A stretch of DNA of 64,000 nt from Botryllus schlosseri (lineage: Eukaryota), in assembly GCA_051294905.1 (NCBI GenBank), contig CM119372.1, positions 21,702,001 to 21,766,000 on the forward strand, in the 5' to 3' direction. How positions within the stretch are numbered: position 1 is the stretch's first letter; the number at the start of each line of letters is the position of its first letter. Under the pieces are notes generated by a model. That model saw only the letters and a program-made list of their open reading frames with translations, was not told the origin of the DNA and ran no database searches. Positions 39,596 to 53,200 of the stretch are shown piece after piece. A program made the translations under genes and the position numbers.

Positions 39596-39980
39596 TTACC
39601 TATATTACGTCGTGTCCGTATACATGCTGCCCAGGGTCATGTGCTCCTTTTTTACTTCTGTAACAATTTCCAAAATATCTTGAAGTCTCAGACATTGGAC
39701 ATGAAACGGATGCTTCTTCTATGTCTCGAACAGCGGTTATAATTAAGGCTCCCTATAAGCTGCGCGCTTGCGCGGTCGTGCACTGCTGCAAAAGTCCGCG
39801 CGGACACAAAAATCAGTGCCGCGCAAAAACCCCGAAGTGATGACCTTTTTTTAGTTGCTACGCACTGTCGACGAAGAGACCGCGCAGTCAGTTGGTGAGT
39901 GCACGCAGACCAGTGAAAATTGAGAAGGAACATTGGTTATACTATACTCGCAAGCCAGATTCTCGGAGTTGAGCATTATT
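39596..39980 (-). pseudogene. IL-17 exon-1 relic psi1, split by a MITE
   Basis: Frameshifted SRHRRSI / FHVQCLRLQDILEIVTE / RST*PWAACIRTRRN plus donor. MITE at 39744-39935 (TSD GTTATAAT/GTTATACT). Confidence 0.88.
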
Positions 39981-40559
39981 AAAGGGGCACTGCACTCAAA
40001 AAATGATGTGGTCTCAAATTGATGGGCAAAACGAAATAAATTTTTTGGCCGCAGCAATTTTCTTCAGAACGCCACCGTAATGGAGCTGCAATTTATTGAA
40101 ATTTCCAGAAACACATCCGGCTGCAGCTGTCGCGGCTCCGGGTCATTTCTTAACCCGTTACATGGCACGATGACTTCATGGTCGCACTTGCTCGATGCGA
40201 TTAGGCAGTCACGCAGAGGACGAACTTAAGATAGTTGTGAAATTTTATGAAGAGCATGCCCTTTGACTTCACACTATGTAACGGCACAACTTCTCGATGT
40301 CATTGCAGCTTGCAATAATGTCAATGTATAGTCTCAATACTATTATGGAGACTCTGGGTATAGAGCAAGACAATACCGTGGACCAGTGCTTTTCAACCTT
40401 TGTGAGCTCCATTCACACTTTTTTTGAAAAACAATTTAATTCGCACCAGTCAGCTCGAATTTATTACACAAAAATAAAAGCTTATCACTTTTGTATTTGT
40501 GGAGCTTCCTGTAGGTACAGAGCTTCATTATTTCACATTCAGCGTATCGTATTGTTGAT

Positions 40560-42350
40560 TAATCAAATACTAAAATCACTGCAGTAGAAAAGTCACAGAT
40601 ATCGCACTTCCGCTGTTCTCAAGGTGTTCGTTGCCTTTTCTGGGGGTATCGTGCAGTGATTTCTTTCGAACCTCAAAGGGCGAACCCACGAACAATAGGG
40701 TTGTTCAGATTTGGGCATTTTTTGGAAACTTGTTTTGCGTAGTTCCAAATGATAGTTTAGTACATAAAACACTTCTATAAGCGATTTTGGTAATTTTCAT
40801 CACGATCTTCCTTGCCCGCAAAGCCCCCATAGATCCATGGGCCAATCCTCCTTACTACTGAAGATTCACCCCGCCGGTTTGTAGCTTTTGTGAAGTTCGC
40901 GGTAAAAAACGGCTGAGCAGAGGTGGGAAATAGGAGGTTGAAACATCTATTTGACGATTGAACATACCTCAGTCCTATACATGCCAAAGGTATCTCACCT
41001 TCTGGTATTTGGTACAGGTAGTCGGGTCGTATGTACGAACGAATACCGTCATTTTCATCTGGTTTTTACTTCGTAAATGTTAATGAAAGACATATGGTAT
41101 ATGAATGTAATGTCACCTTTATAGCAGCTCCAATTCACCTACTCTATATCAGGTTTTGCAGTATTCGATACGTATGACAGAAAGATCCCGCCCCCCTCCC
41201 CCGACCACAAAAACTCAGGGCTGTCCTGTTCAAGACATTGTCATAGCGAATACGGCCAGAATACCTAGCTACAAGCTCACGATACTTGGCTTCTTCTTAA
41301 AAGATCATGACAATTAAGTCATGGCGCCAAAATGAGAGACCTGATCCTCAACTACCAATGTCATTCTGTCAAAAAATGTCCATGGTCTTCCTACAGAAAC
41401 AATAATCTCAATACATATTAGTCATTGTCGTTGTTGTCACCCAATATGGTATGTTCTTACAACTGAGTTCACATAAAAAGCAAATACCTGGTACAGACTA
41501 TGTTTATGAAACTTGATGAATTTATTGTACGGAAATTTGCATTATCAGACTTGAAAAGCAGGATAAGCCAAAACACAAATCCGCACATAGTACGCCGACC
41601 ATTTACGTGACTTGAGACAATTGTGAAAGATGAGACGGAAGTTAATATCATTGAAGAACATGTTGAGAATTAGGTAAACATAAAAACAAAAAGTGGGTAA
41701 CGACAGGCTCTAGTCTCAGGCTGGGACCTTGTTTTAAACATGTTTTTTTTTTAATTTATTTTTGTTTTAAATGCAACCGAAGTGCTAGGTTACAGCAAAA
41801 TATTTTTCCGTTTCAGCGGATCAAAAACGTTGAGAGCCACTGGTCTAGAGCAGCGATTCCGAATGACTTTTATCTGCAAGTCTTTACAAAATCATCCTCA
41901 TGTTAACGTTTACATTTTTTTACGTTATGCCGCGTCGTCAATTAGATGAGTAATAGAGTTTCGTAGCTAATACAAAAAGGCAACATTCAAATTTAGCGAA
42001 TTGCGATCGAGGATGTAAATTACGTATTTTTCGTACATTGGGGCAATAGGAAATAGCAAATATGACACTGACAGACATCGTTTGCGTTGAGTATAAATAG
42101 ACTGTCGACATTTTAGGTTTAGGACATGTCTTGCATTCTTGTTGGCTCAAGAAGCCTTGAAGGTATTGTTTGCTAATAAATATCTGTCCGTGTACTATAC
42201 TATGTCGACACAACTTGAATATGTGGTTTGAGTTTCGGATTTACTATATGGGTGTTATTTCATCATACTCGGAATTTTTTTCATACGCATCACAAGACGG
42301 AAGAAGAAGAAGAATATTTATTTGACGATAAGTAGCATATACCACCATAC
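40560..42350 (-). pseudogene. IL-17 receptor-like pseudogene upstream of psi1
   Basis: Signal-like MVYMLLIVK*IFFFF at ~42347; 41026 PDYLYQIPEGEIPLACIGLRY; GPWIYG (compare IL17RA PLWVY); 40698 LLFVGSPFEVRKKSLHDTPRKGNEHLENSG (weak SEFIR start). The 5' part is duplicated at 51440-52030. Confidence 0.5.
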
Positions 42351-42582
42351 TTGGTGCTCTTCGCGCCTTAAAGGCGATATCGAGTCTCATCATTAGCTCA
42401 TAATGGATTATAATCGGGGTCTATTTACTATTCCACATGTAATTATCCTGTTGCTTGATTATAAAATGTCTCGTTGTAATATTTAGCGTAGTTCATAATA
42501 GTTTGATCGTGTCGCCAACAAGGCATTAGACAAAAGAGTATATTTCCCTGGTCATTTTTCAAGCTAATATTATATTGCAGTC

Positions 42583-42967
42583 ATTGGGGGGAAGCGAGTG
42601 GCGCAGTTGGTTAAGCGCCAGCGTCACGACACCAATGGTGGTGGTTCGAATCCCGGTTCGGACTAATTACTATGTGTCGGAGGTTCTATGGGCTCCTCAT
42701 CGCCGACCTCACTGCAGTCGCAGTGCCTTGAAAAGCCCAATCCGAGTGGGCCGAGCTATAAGTCGGCAGCAAAAACGAGACGATGATAAAAGCGCGCGTG
42801 ACAGAGACTGCCTGAAGAGAAGAGAGTGCCTGAGAGAGTGCAAGAACGAACATTCAAGAGACGAAGAAATGCATATTCATTGAACTGTATAACTTGTAAT
42901 GCCGTGGAGCACAAAGCCTTAAAACAGGCTATAAGCACCACTGATGTGAATGATAATAATAATAATA
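42583..42967 (+). mobile_element. tRNA-derived SINE
   Basis: A box TGGCGCAGTTGG, B box GGTTCGAATCC, (AAT)n tail, 11-bp TSD ATATTGCAGTC. Absent from the paralogous site at ~60165. Confidence 0.92.
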
Positions 42968-45035
42968 ATATTGCAGTCTCAGAAATATCACTCCAGAGAC
43001 CTTATCCTTCTCAATAATGCCATAAGATTGTGAATATAAAATATAATATAGTGGAACTTGTATCCACAGTTTATCTTGTAAAACTCGCAAAAGACGCTAT
43101 TGTCCAGTGGAATTTTATTTTTCGGCATTGCGACGTCATTTTCATGCGTTGCGTCTCAGCTCACATTTTCACGTCATTTCGTTGATGAAACACTTGTGAT
43201 ACTTTTGTGAATATATTCCGGAGACGTCGCTGGACGACAGTACAAAATAGCAACCGCACTGCGAAATTAACACGTACAGGCATAATTCAAGGGAAGCGAA
43301 AAATAGCGATGCCGAAAAATTGTGGCTCAGTATGCGTGAACGAGAAGTCATTCGTATTTAAATGTGTTGATCTTCATAATTAAGGTCAATTTAGAAATAA
43401 GCAATGCCAAAAATAAACACATGCATTATTAATAATAATATAAATACAATTCATAACATGATTACATCATAGTCACCAATTTCTGGGTGACTCCGACCTT
43501 GAGGACTTGGGTCATATCGGGTCTCATTTCTATCACTATAGCACATTAATCACTATATTCAAGTTGTTATTGGTCTGTTCTGATATTCGAAGGTAAATCT
43601 AACGCTGATTTAATTTGACTTTGGTAATGATCATGATCAATAGCCTAGTTATCAGGAGCATGCCCGAAACCCGGATTAGGCTGTGCTGCTTCTATGTTCT
43701 GATATCAGATCAATCTTCGTCAAATTCTAAAATATTCAAACTATATAATTGTGACACGTCAAATGCCAGCTAGCTGCAAAATTATACCACGTCAGCTTTT
43801 GCGATGTCACGATGCATTTGTACGATCGCATAGTGTCTGTAACTAAATATTTTGACAAACTATGCCGAGTACGACAAGAATTACATTCAAATATTTAAAA
43901 ATCTACTTTTTATCGCGCCAGACGTGAATTCACAACAGTAAATCACAATTTCACGATGTATGTGGAATATCAGTCTGCAAGGTCCTGTCAAATAAGGTCT
44001 ACTTGGAAATACATCGAATGCCCCTACTCCTATTAATTATTGGTGCTGCGGCCGTGACGCCATCAAAAACCAGGATATTGGCCCGCGGGCACATTTGTGT
44101 TTAAGTTGAGACGCCTGAATTATATGCATGTGTATTAAAATCGTAATTTGAGGTCAAATTATGCAAATGTCATTTACTTAACCGTGGTGCGTAGAAGAAT
44201 ACGATCATTCTCATTCAGCGCGTTGGCAGCATACATTGACAAAGATGCAATCATCTGTATATTTTGATGCAAGTAAATATTTACGTTAGGGTTGTTCAGA
44301 ATTGACCGACTTTCAAAAAGTCTAGGTTTTCAGTCCGTTTCCCATGCCTTATACCTAGAAGTGATCAGTAACGAAGTACTTCTACTTTTTGGAAGTATAT
44401 ACTCAAGTAGTTTTCCTCTACTTCTAGTACTTACTCAATTAGATCTGATTTTCGTTACTTCTACTTCTACTTCTACTCCCCCAATATAAGAAAGATAGCC
44501 TGAGGAATTTCGGGGCTGTTTTCACGGAGTACCATCATTTAAGTTTCATTAAAGTCAAGTAAAGTCCATAAATTTTGTTGCGCTTCGCGCACAGTAGTTA
44601 TGGAGTGACAAATGTGTTAATTTCACGAAAGTATCAGTTAATATAATTTAGGTACCGGATTGCTTGGTTCCGCTCACACCGCTTTGTCGCCAATATCAAA
44701 TATTTAATCACAGTAAATATTGCCCACCATAACGTTTAAAACTACCGTTTCGCAATCTAGCAATTACCTATCATATCGTAATCTAGCAGCCCATTACGTG
44801 CTTTGCTAATTTGGAAAATCCAGCTTTTTTGAACGTTGCACCTGTTTTAGCAGATCACTTTGGAAGCTTTATGGACAAAAGACATGAAATATAGTTTCCG
44901 CTTTTTAGAAGTGGTATTTGTATTTGACTTTCAATTGCGAGTATCATACTTTGAGTTCTAATTACTTTCAGAGAGAGAGTCCTATATTCGTTAGTGTGAT
45001 TCCCGATCTGCCTATGTAGCGACTCTCACTTTCGA

Positions 45036-45340
45036 TGTTGTTGTTGTTGTTATTGTTGTTGTTGTTGTTGCTGTTGTTGTTGTTGTTATTGTTTGGTATT
45101 CATAGTGTTTAGACTACATGGGCATTTACACCAATCCGATATTACTTATTAAGACATATGATATGCCGACTTTCGCTCTAAGCTTCTGTAAGACACCGCT
45201 GACGCGGATTACATGGCGAGGCGAAGCCTACAAAAACGGCCCGATACTTAAGCGGTAATTCTGGAGTCGAATTCAATCGGATTTGCAGTCGTAACCGATT
45301 GGTGTTGCAGCGGTGGAACCACCGCTACTCTACCTCGTGA
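45036..45340 (-). mobile_element. Decayed tRNA-derived SINE (paralogous copy at ~60455-60610)
   Basis: (CAA)n tail and body align with the 26060 family. Confidence 0.75.
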
Positions 45341-45690
45341 CGTTGTCCACTTTTCTAGGATTTCGTAGGGCACCACTAACCCGAGAATAATGCAGGTTCT
45401 GTGGGGTCGTCGTGTAATATATCCAATATGAAATCGGGATATCAAATTGGAATACGAAACATGCGATTAATGAATGATAATTGATCTGCGCATCTTCACG
45501 CCTTCGAATATCGGTGATGTTGCTTACCTTAAACTTACAAGCTTATATAATGGTGGAACTTTTAAATGTAAAAGCGGAAAGAAACAAGTAGAAAGTGAAA
45601 ATTGAAGTATCGAAAATATTAATGGATTCTGAGAACGGAGCTGTAAGGTATAAAATTCATAAAAATATACTTAAAATTGCAGAAGCAGTT

Positions 45691-46956
45691 TCAAGGAACG
45701 ACACATGTACAACCCACAGGAACTCTCTCGGTGGAGACTTTGCATATATGCCGGGCGTGCATTGCGAATAATGACGTATCGCGCCTTTCCGCCACTTCAG
45801 CACTACCATGGACGCGTAGACTTGAGTGCTTTTAGGACTTGACATCGGGTAGCTCGAAAAAGGATGGAGACAGGTCTTGCACATGCATTTGGCAACCGGC
45901 AGACGACGAGGATACCTGGTGAAGTTAGTAACGATACAATAAGATTAACCCAACACAGACGACATACATAAAACAATATGGGAATATCTATAATCCAGAA
46001 GTTGCCAAGGTAGTGAAGTAGAAGTAAGGTTGTAAATTTATACCCACTTACAAGTAGTATTAGCGATCTTCAAGACATGTAAACCTACTTCAAGTAGGTA
46101 CAGAAAACGATGGCACTTGAATTAAATTATTCACTGTGCATTGTGTCAACGTGTCACAGACTATTGTTTATAAGCCACATGTAACATCTTTCAAAATTTC
46201 AAGATGATTATTCGCGACGGACGCAAAAGACGACAATGGATTCTATTGCCTAACTGAGTCTGTTACCGCGATAAATAGTCAACAAATACCGTCCGGTTGC
46301 GATACAATTTTCACTAACAAGAGTGATGCGAATCTATTCAAACAATACTTTCTACTTGACCAAATTAAAAAGTGACACGTAAGTATTGTAGCTTCATTAA
46401 AGCAGACCGGAAGTATTTTGGGAAATATGTCTACTTGAGTAAGTACCGGGAATAGACATGTAACCTATTTGAATCATCTAACGCAGTGGCATTACAAAGT
46501 TATTGACCATCTCTTCACACGAGATCATAATTATGATATCAGTGGTCGATAGAAAGTCTAGTGTTTTGTAAAAAATATGACCACCTCACAAAAAAGTGGG
46601 AGATCCTACCTGTTTCAGCGTTTCTGCATGCAGGTGAGCCAGGGGGATATACTGCTTTGGTTTTCGTCAGCTATCATATCTTGAATACCTCGGAATTTCG
46701 GAAATCGAACACGACACGACCGACGCGAGCGTAGAGTTCTTCTTTGTCTGTGTCTCCTTGCGGACGTCATCAACGGCTGCTCTGTTATTCTCAAGCAAGA
46801 TTCCCGGATTGAAGAATCGCTTAGCAGAACGCAGTCTGAAGAATTGTACTTATCGGCGTGAACGTATGCGTCAAAATATTTTGCATTCGCATATCTTATC
46901 ATGGAAGCAACAAAAATCGCCAGCATCAAAGTCAATGGAATCAATGAGTATTTTAT
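45691..46956 (-). pseudogene. IL-17 pseudogene, copy B (close paralog of copy C)
   Basis: Exons 46956-46610 and 45915-45691. Start ATG>ATA, CGA>TGA at 46617-46615, and a +2 insertion in exon 2 (225 vs 223 nt) that removes VGCTCV. Confidence 0.93.
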
Positions 46957-49758
46957 TTCGAAAAATGCCTACTTTTTGAGCACCAGTGGCATGATGACCA
47001 ATTATACCTGTACAGTATAGTCGAGTTTATATAGATAGTATATATTCTGATCAGGAGTGAACGTATATCAGCTCGTGAACTGATTTGTCACTTATATAGT
47101 GATAATGCTATGCACGTAATTTTTCTGAGGGTACTTTGCATATCATCTCATAACTTCAGTTACGTTGTACTAGTAACCTTCCGTTCACTGGAAAAGTAAC
47201 GAAATCTCTATTCAATTCAATTAAATATGTTTAATCTGTCATTATCTCTTTGCAGATATGCTTGCGCGTATTGTAATACCATTGAGAGCAATCTAAATAT
47301 CGATACATGCTTGTGTGTATGACGTAGGTGATTATGTATATATTTGTTGACATATTTGCATGCTATCGCAAGAACGCCCATACACGTGGAATAGATAAGG
47401 AGATTCCTGGTGTCTACTCTACTACACTCAAATACGATTGTACCGTACATTGAATATCTAATATAATCATATATAGTATTCCCGAAATAGTTCTACAATG
47501 GATACTGTGACAGCATTGTCGTTCTCGGCTTAAACCAAATATAGCTGTTATCCGGATATATTGAATTAATTCAAGCAATATCGTTGTTGATACACAGAGC
47601 AAATAGCCTATATCAGCTTTGCAGCAGCTTGGTCATTCATTGAAAGAATTTTGAATGCGGTGACCGCGGGTACGGAAGTCCCCTTTGTTTTGCGGTGGGC
47701 GTTTCATATGAGAGAAATAACGGACGTGAGCAACTAGTATTTACAGATTGTACACTGTACAGTGTACAATGTAGGCCTATGTATATTGTACAACATACAA
47801 TACAGTGTACAAATAGACAGCGTGCGCCAGTGCTGTAAGGCAGATCAATCCAAAGGAATAGTATACCATGCATTTACTAGGCTTTCGACTTTCCATTTCC
47901 GAAATTACATGCTGCGAATAGCTTTTCAAACCTTGATGGACTGCAAATATTATTAACGAGTACAGTAACTACTCATCATAAGCGGCTGATATCCAACGAA
48001 CGATAATAATGGCGGATTTATAAGTTTGGAACTCGTGACGTAAAAATATATTTACTACGACGTCCCAGCGAACATAGTAAGCGGACTTCATATTTTCAGT
48101 TTCAAAACCTGCATTGTGTCTTACCTTCGAATTCAAATTTATCACTCTATAGCAGTGGTTCTTAACCTTTACTATCCTGAGGAACACTTACGCTAGCAAG
48201 CCTTCGGAAACCCCAAAAGATGGATCTCTCTCAAAATAGGTTGGAAACCCCATCCCCATCCCCATCCACACTGCGGCCAAATTTACTAGAGGCATAGTAG
48301 GCATAGAACGTATTGCTACTGTAAAACCCGTGCCAATTACGCCCGTACTTCCAACTCATCTTGTAGGCTAGACCAGTGGTTCTCGAACGCCGGTCCGTAG
48401 CAAGTTTATGCTGGTCCGCCAAATATATTTGATTCTTATATCGCAATTCAAAAATGCAGGGATTTTGGAGCTTTTCAATTATTTAGAGAAATAAAACATC
48501 AAATGATAAATTTATTTAGATGTGCGGGACTTATTTGGTATGAATCAAGTGTCGTAAAAAACTGTAGTAGCCTACGACTTGTTTCGGAAAAGTTTCATGT
48601 GAAAACTACTGAGACTTTCAAACAGACTTCCCTAAATTCCGACCGTGGAATTAAACCACACTTCGCAGTAAAGCAGGGGTGTCAAAAATACGGCCCGCGG
48701 GTCGTATACGGCCCGCCAGACGATTTCCTCCGGCCCTGAAGCAATTCTGAGTTGATTGAAAAATTCTTATATTATCCATAGTACATTTGTAACAAGTGCT
48801 GAGATTTTTTTCTGAAAACGCTTTCATTAAATATTCCCTCAAGACAGCAAATGTCGAGCATGTTCATAGGCCACATCATAACCACACGGTCTCACTCCCT
48901 CTAATTCCCGAAGGCAAAAGTAAACATAAAGTTCAGAGTGTTATGGAAAACGCCAGTGCCGAACCGTTATATTCCGTTTAGATGGAAAATATATTAGCTA
49001 CAGAAAGATACAATTCAAATATGTGTGATCGTATTGATGTGCCACTTCCCACCTAATAGGTCCCAGGACTTGAGAATATCTCGACTTAATTTAATATAAT
49101 AATCATAATCCAAACTCCAACGTCCGCATCTACCGTTAGATATCTGGGATTCCTCACAACACACCCACTGGGATAATGCCAGATTACTATTACGGAAAGT
49201 GCGCATAGAAAGAGTCCAACTTATATCGTTGTTAGCGCCACTGTTTTGTCGGTTCTTAACTGTATTCAAAGGACAATCACCGTATTTTTGTCAATTCCAT
49301 CGTTCGCGAATAAAGATGTTGCGACTTGCTAGGCTAGAACTCCTATGAGCCGCGTATTATATATATACATGCTTGATATTGAAGTATATTCAAATTAAAA
49401 GCAAGGGCTGGAGGTAACATTTTGGAATCACTTGATTTGTCCGGCCCGCGGGGGATTTGAGGGGCCTGAATCCGGCCCGCGACGCAATTTGATTTTGGCA
49501 CCCCTGCAGTAGAGGCTATAGCAAATATACAAGTCGCATTTCTTTCGAAAGATACAGAAAAATTACAATCATTACTCTGCGAGCTTCTACTAACAGAAAT
49601 TTCGAAAGAACTACAAATAAATATCTCATCAAAAAGGTTCACCGGTCCGCAACTTTCGTTTTGCAGTTTCACTGCTCAAAAAGATTGAGTACCGCTGGTC
49701 TAGACTGCAGTGCTTTTTTTATATAGGTTAAAATGTTAAAGAGCACTGCAGTCTAGAC

Positions 49759-49814
49759 CAGTGGTTCTCAAGCTTTTTGACCTCACGGAAGGTCAAAAAG
49801 GCTGAGAACCACTG
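49759..49814. mobile_element. 56-bp hairpin MITE
   Basis: CAGTGGTTCTCA..TGAGAACCACTG with TSD GTCTAGAC. Confidence 0.85.
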
Positions 49815-49987
49815 GTCTAGACTGCAATGCTCTTCAACCTGTTTACCTATAAAAAAAAAGGTTAAAAAAAGCATCCTGCGCCACTGGGCACGGCCTACCG
49901 TTACATAGACCCCCGCTCGGAAGTGTCATTTCTGATGCATCTCCTGTGCAACTTTTGCTATTGTTGCACCCCATGCCGATTTTCATG

Positions 49988-50220
49988 TGTCGAGATAGCG
50001 CAGTGGTATAATTCGCTGCTGCAACATCAATGGGTGCGGGTTCGAGTCCGACCAAGGTCGACTTCAGAATTCCCATACCCTTAGGGTTGGAGGTTTACCT
50101 AGGCTCCTTCTTGCCCCCTCATCCGTGTAAGAGGTGTCCTACAAAAAGCCTATAGAGGTGGGCCGTGCTATAAGTCGGCAGTTACGGACATACACTATGA
50201 ATACAACAAACAAACAAACA
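49988..50220 (+). mobile_element. tRNA-derived SINE
   Basis: A and B boxes, (AAAC)n tail, 15-bp TSD ATGCCGATTTTCATG. Confidence 0.93.
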
Positions 50221-53200
50221 ATGCCGATTTTCATGCACCGTGCGATGCTGCATGCACACCGGTTAGAGAAGTGGTTCTCAATCAGAAGGTTCAGATTAAA
50301 CTGCTTACGGATGCTGCTAGAAGAGTTGTCGTCAGCCAATAAAAATAATTCCTGACTTCGCAATACTCAGTCCTGAGTAGTATTTGGTAACCTGATGACT
50401 GGATGATTGGAAAAAATTCATCACCGGCAATGAGTTGATGAAATTGTAGCTTGACCCATATTTATGACTTATTTTGAGTCACCATGCCGCATTAGATTAT
50501 GGGGCTTGATAGTGATTTGAAACAAGTTGAAGGCTTGTCATCGGCTTATCAAATCTCGAAGTGCTAGGGTGCCGCATACTATTTTTCACGTTCACGTGAT
50601 GACGCGGGATCAAAACAGTTGTGAACCACTCTAGACTCTACAGCAGAGGTCTCAAACACGCGCCCCGCGACGGCATTTTGGTTCTTCAAGTAATCAACAT
50701 ATATTCAAGTGACATATCCTTTTGAGATATAAGAACTTAAAGTTCATCCTAAAACTACTATAAAAATCACTGAAATCACAACAATTTTATTTAAAATAGA
50801 CATGCAGGGACTCCGAGAATTTTCATTGGAAGCACAAGGAGTACGATCGCTAAAAAGATTAAGAAACAGTACTATTACAATGGCTCAATAATGATTATAT
50901 TTAAGTTATTATTGATATGTTCCAATAATAATCGAAGGCAAAATCTAACGCTGATTTAATTTGACTTTGGCAATAACAATAGCTTATACTTATCACGACT
51001 ATATCAAAACCGGGATTATGCCATACCGCAAAAATGCTTTAATATCAGATCAATCTTCAGTACATTTTAAAACATTCTACATAAAATTGCTCGCACGTCA
51101 AAGTTCCACTAGCTGCAATATAGTTTGACGATGTCATGATGCATCCTCTCGTATGATGTCTTTAACTCATTAATTAAAGAAATTAGGTCCGGCACAAAAT
51201 CAATTTTATTCAAATATTTTAAAACGTGATTTTGTTCCGTGTCAAGAGTGAATGATACAATAGTTAATTACATTTCCACGATGCTTGTGGAATGCTTGTA
51301 TACAAGGTTCGTCAAATAAGGCCTACTTGGAAATTATGCATCGAAAATCCTTATTACTGATGCTGTGGCCCGCGGCGTCATCAAAAACTAGGAAATTGGC
51401 CCGCGAGTACATTTGAGTTTGAGACCTCTGCTCTAGAGCCTCGTCGACAAATGATTTTTTCCGCACGTCATTCAAAAATTAGCCCTGTGTTAACTTCGCC
51501 ACGTGTTTTAAGTTACGTAGTTGTTGCGGACGGGTGTCGTCAATTCGCTGAGAAATAGAGTTTCGAAGTCAATACGGAGAGGCAATATTCAAATTTATCG
51601 AATCGTAGTCTAGCTAGGATATCAATTACGTATGGTGACGTAGGCCTGTATCATGGAAATAGGAATCGGCAAATATTACACTGACAGTGGGCCTAATCGT
51701 TTGCGTTGAGTATACATAGACTATCGACCTTATAGGTTTAGGACGTGTCTCGCATTCTTGTTATTTTAAGAAGCCTTGAAGGTATATTGTTTGCTATTAA
51801 ATATTTGTCTTTGTACTATATTATGTTGATACAAAATGAATATGTGATGTGAGTTTCGGATTTACAATACGGTAGTTACTTCATCATGCTCGGAAGTTTT
51901 TTCATACGCATCACAAGACTAAAGAAGAATATTTATTTGGCGAGAACTAAATTATACTACCATACTTGGTGTTCTTCATCGCGTCTTAAAGACTATGTAT
52001 ATATATCTCTTATCTTTAGATCATGTGGATTATAACACTGATCAACCGCAAAATTCAAAGTAAGTTGTGATTAACTGATTTGGAAGGATTTTGTCTCTGA
52101 TTCCAAATATGTCGTTATTTTTTCAAGTTTTTGAGATATTTGCATTTTAAATTTTCACTGATATACAGTTATCTTACAACAGGAATATTGTGCAGTTCAT
52201 TGTAATCCAATCGTGACGTAACTCATGAAGGAATGTTTGTGTGACTGACTGATATATCCCATGAGGAAGGTAATAGGGCGGAGTTTTGACATCAAACAAA
52301 GTTATATCATATTCATCACTTTCCAATTATATGTCAAATAAGATTTTTTCTGAAATCTTCGCGCAGGTTACGGATGTTTCCAACGCGCTGGATGATGAAA
52401 TTCCGGTGAAAGGAATAATGTGTGCCATGGTTACACCTATATGGTCACATGATTGAGAAATGAAAGGCATCTTAAACGGCTGCATTCCCCAATTAAATGC
52501 AATGGAACAAAATCATATTTTTAAAGCTTATTATGTGAATTTGATTTGCTCAGCCGTGATTCGTGGAAGAATACGATCATTTCTCAATTCGGTGTATTAG
52601 TAGCACAAGTTGACAAAGATGCACTTGTCTGTACCCTTTTTATGCACTCCGTAGTATATATTTACGTGCGTACCGAGTATGTATTAAAATTGAGCGTCAA
52701 ATGTACGCTCGTTGCCCATTGCACTCAATGAATACTTATCAGTCGAACAACCGTCAAAGTAAATAAAGAATAAGCTTGCATCTTCACGATTTCAACATTT
52801 ATTATAAACAAACTTTCTTAAAATAGTTTGTGATGTCATTGTCAACCGCACTCAGTATTTTACCGTACCATTACAAACTATCAGTAATACTTCACTATTT
52901 GACGGGATACCTGGATATCATTAATGCTGGCAAAATCAACGACTGCCCCAATTCTATACCAGTGAGGAAATCATATAATTATATGGTAAATTTGTCATTC
53001 ATTCAGTCCGTACCATATCTCATATACAGTCGACTTCGTTTAATTCGGGCACGATGGATCTGCTTACCTTTGGTCGAATTAAGCGGTTAAACTGCTTTGT
53101 CCTAGTTAAGCAAAAAATCAATTGCTGTTTACATGGTCGTGCGTAAAGGCCTGAAACGAATTGAAAATACTGTACTGTTGCAAATTAAATGATTTGCAAC

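Larger units (their letters stand above)
47300..52000 (-). pseudogene. IL-17 receptor-like pseudogene R2, directly upstream of copy B
   Basis: 5' exon relic 52000-51440; ectodomain relic ~49290-49015; TM-like AIIIVRWISAAYDE*LLYSLIIFAV (~48010-47940); SEFIR-like ILFLWIDLPYST, LFLSYETP...SKFFQ*MTKLLQ and RLFALCINNDIA*INSIYPDN. Confidence 0.55.

Noticed and set aside
42585..42665. tRNA gene (also 30690-30763 and 49988-50060)
   Set aside because: A and B boxes are present, but there is no clean cloverleaf, and SINE bodies are attached (with tails and TSDs at 42583 and 49988).
45657..45884. Novel C-terminus for an IL-17 variant
   Set aside because: It is the product of the +2 frameshift downstream of a premature stop in copy B.
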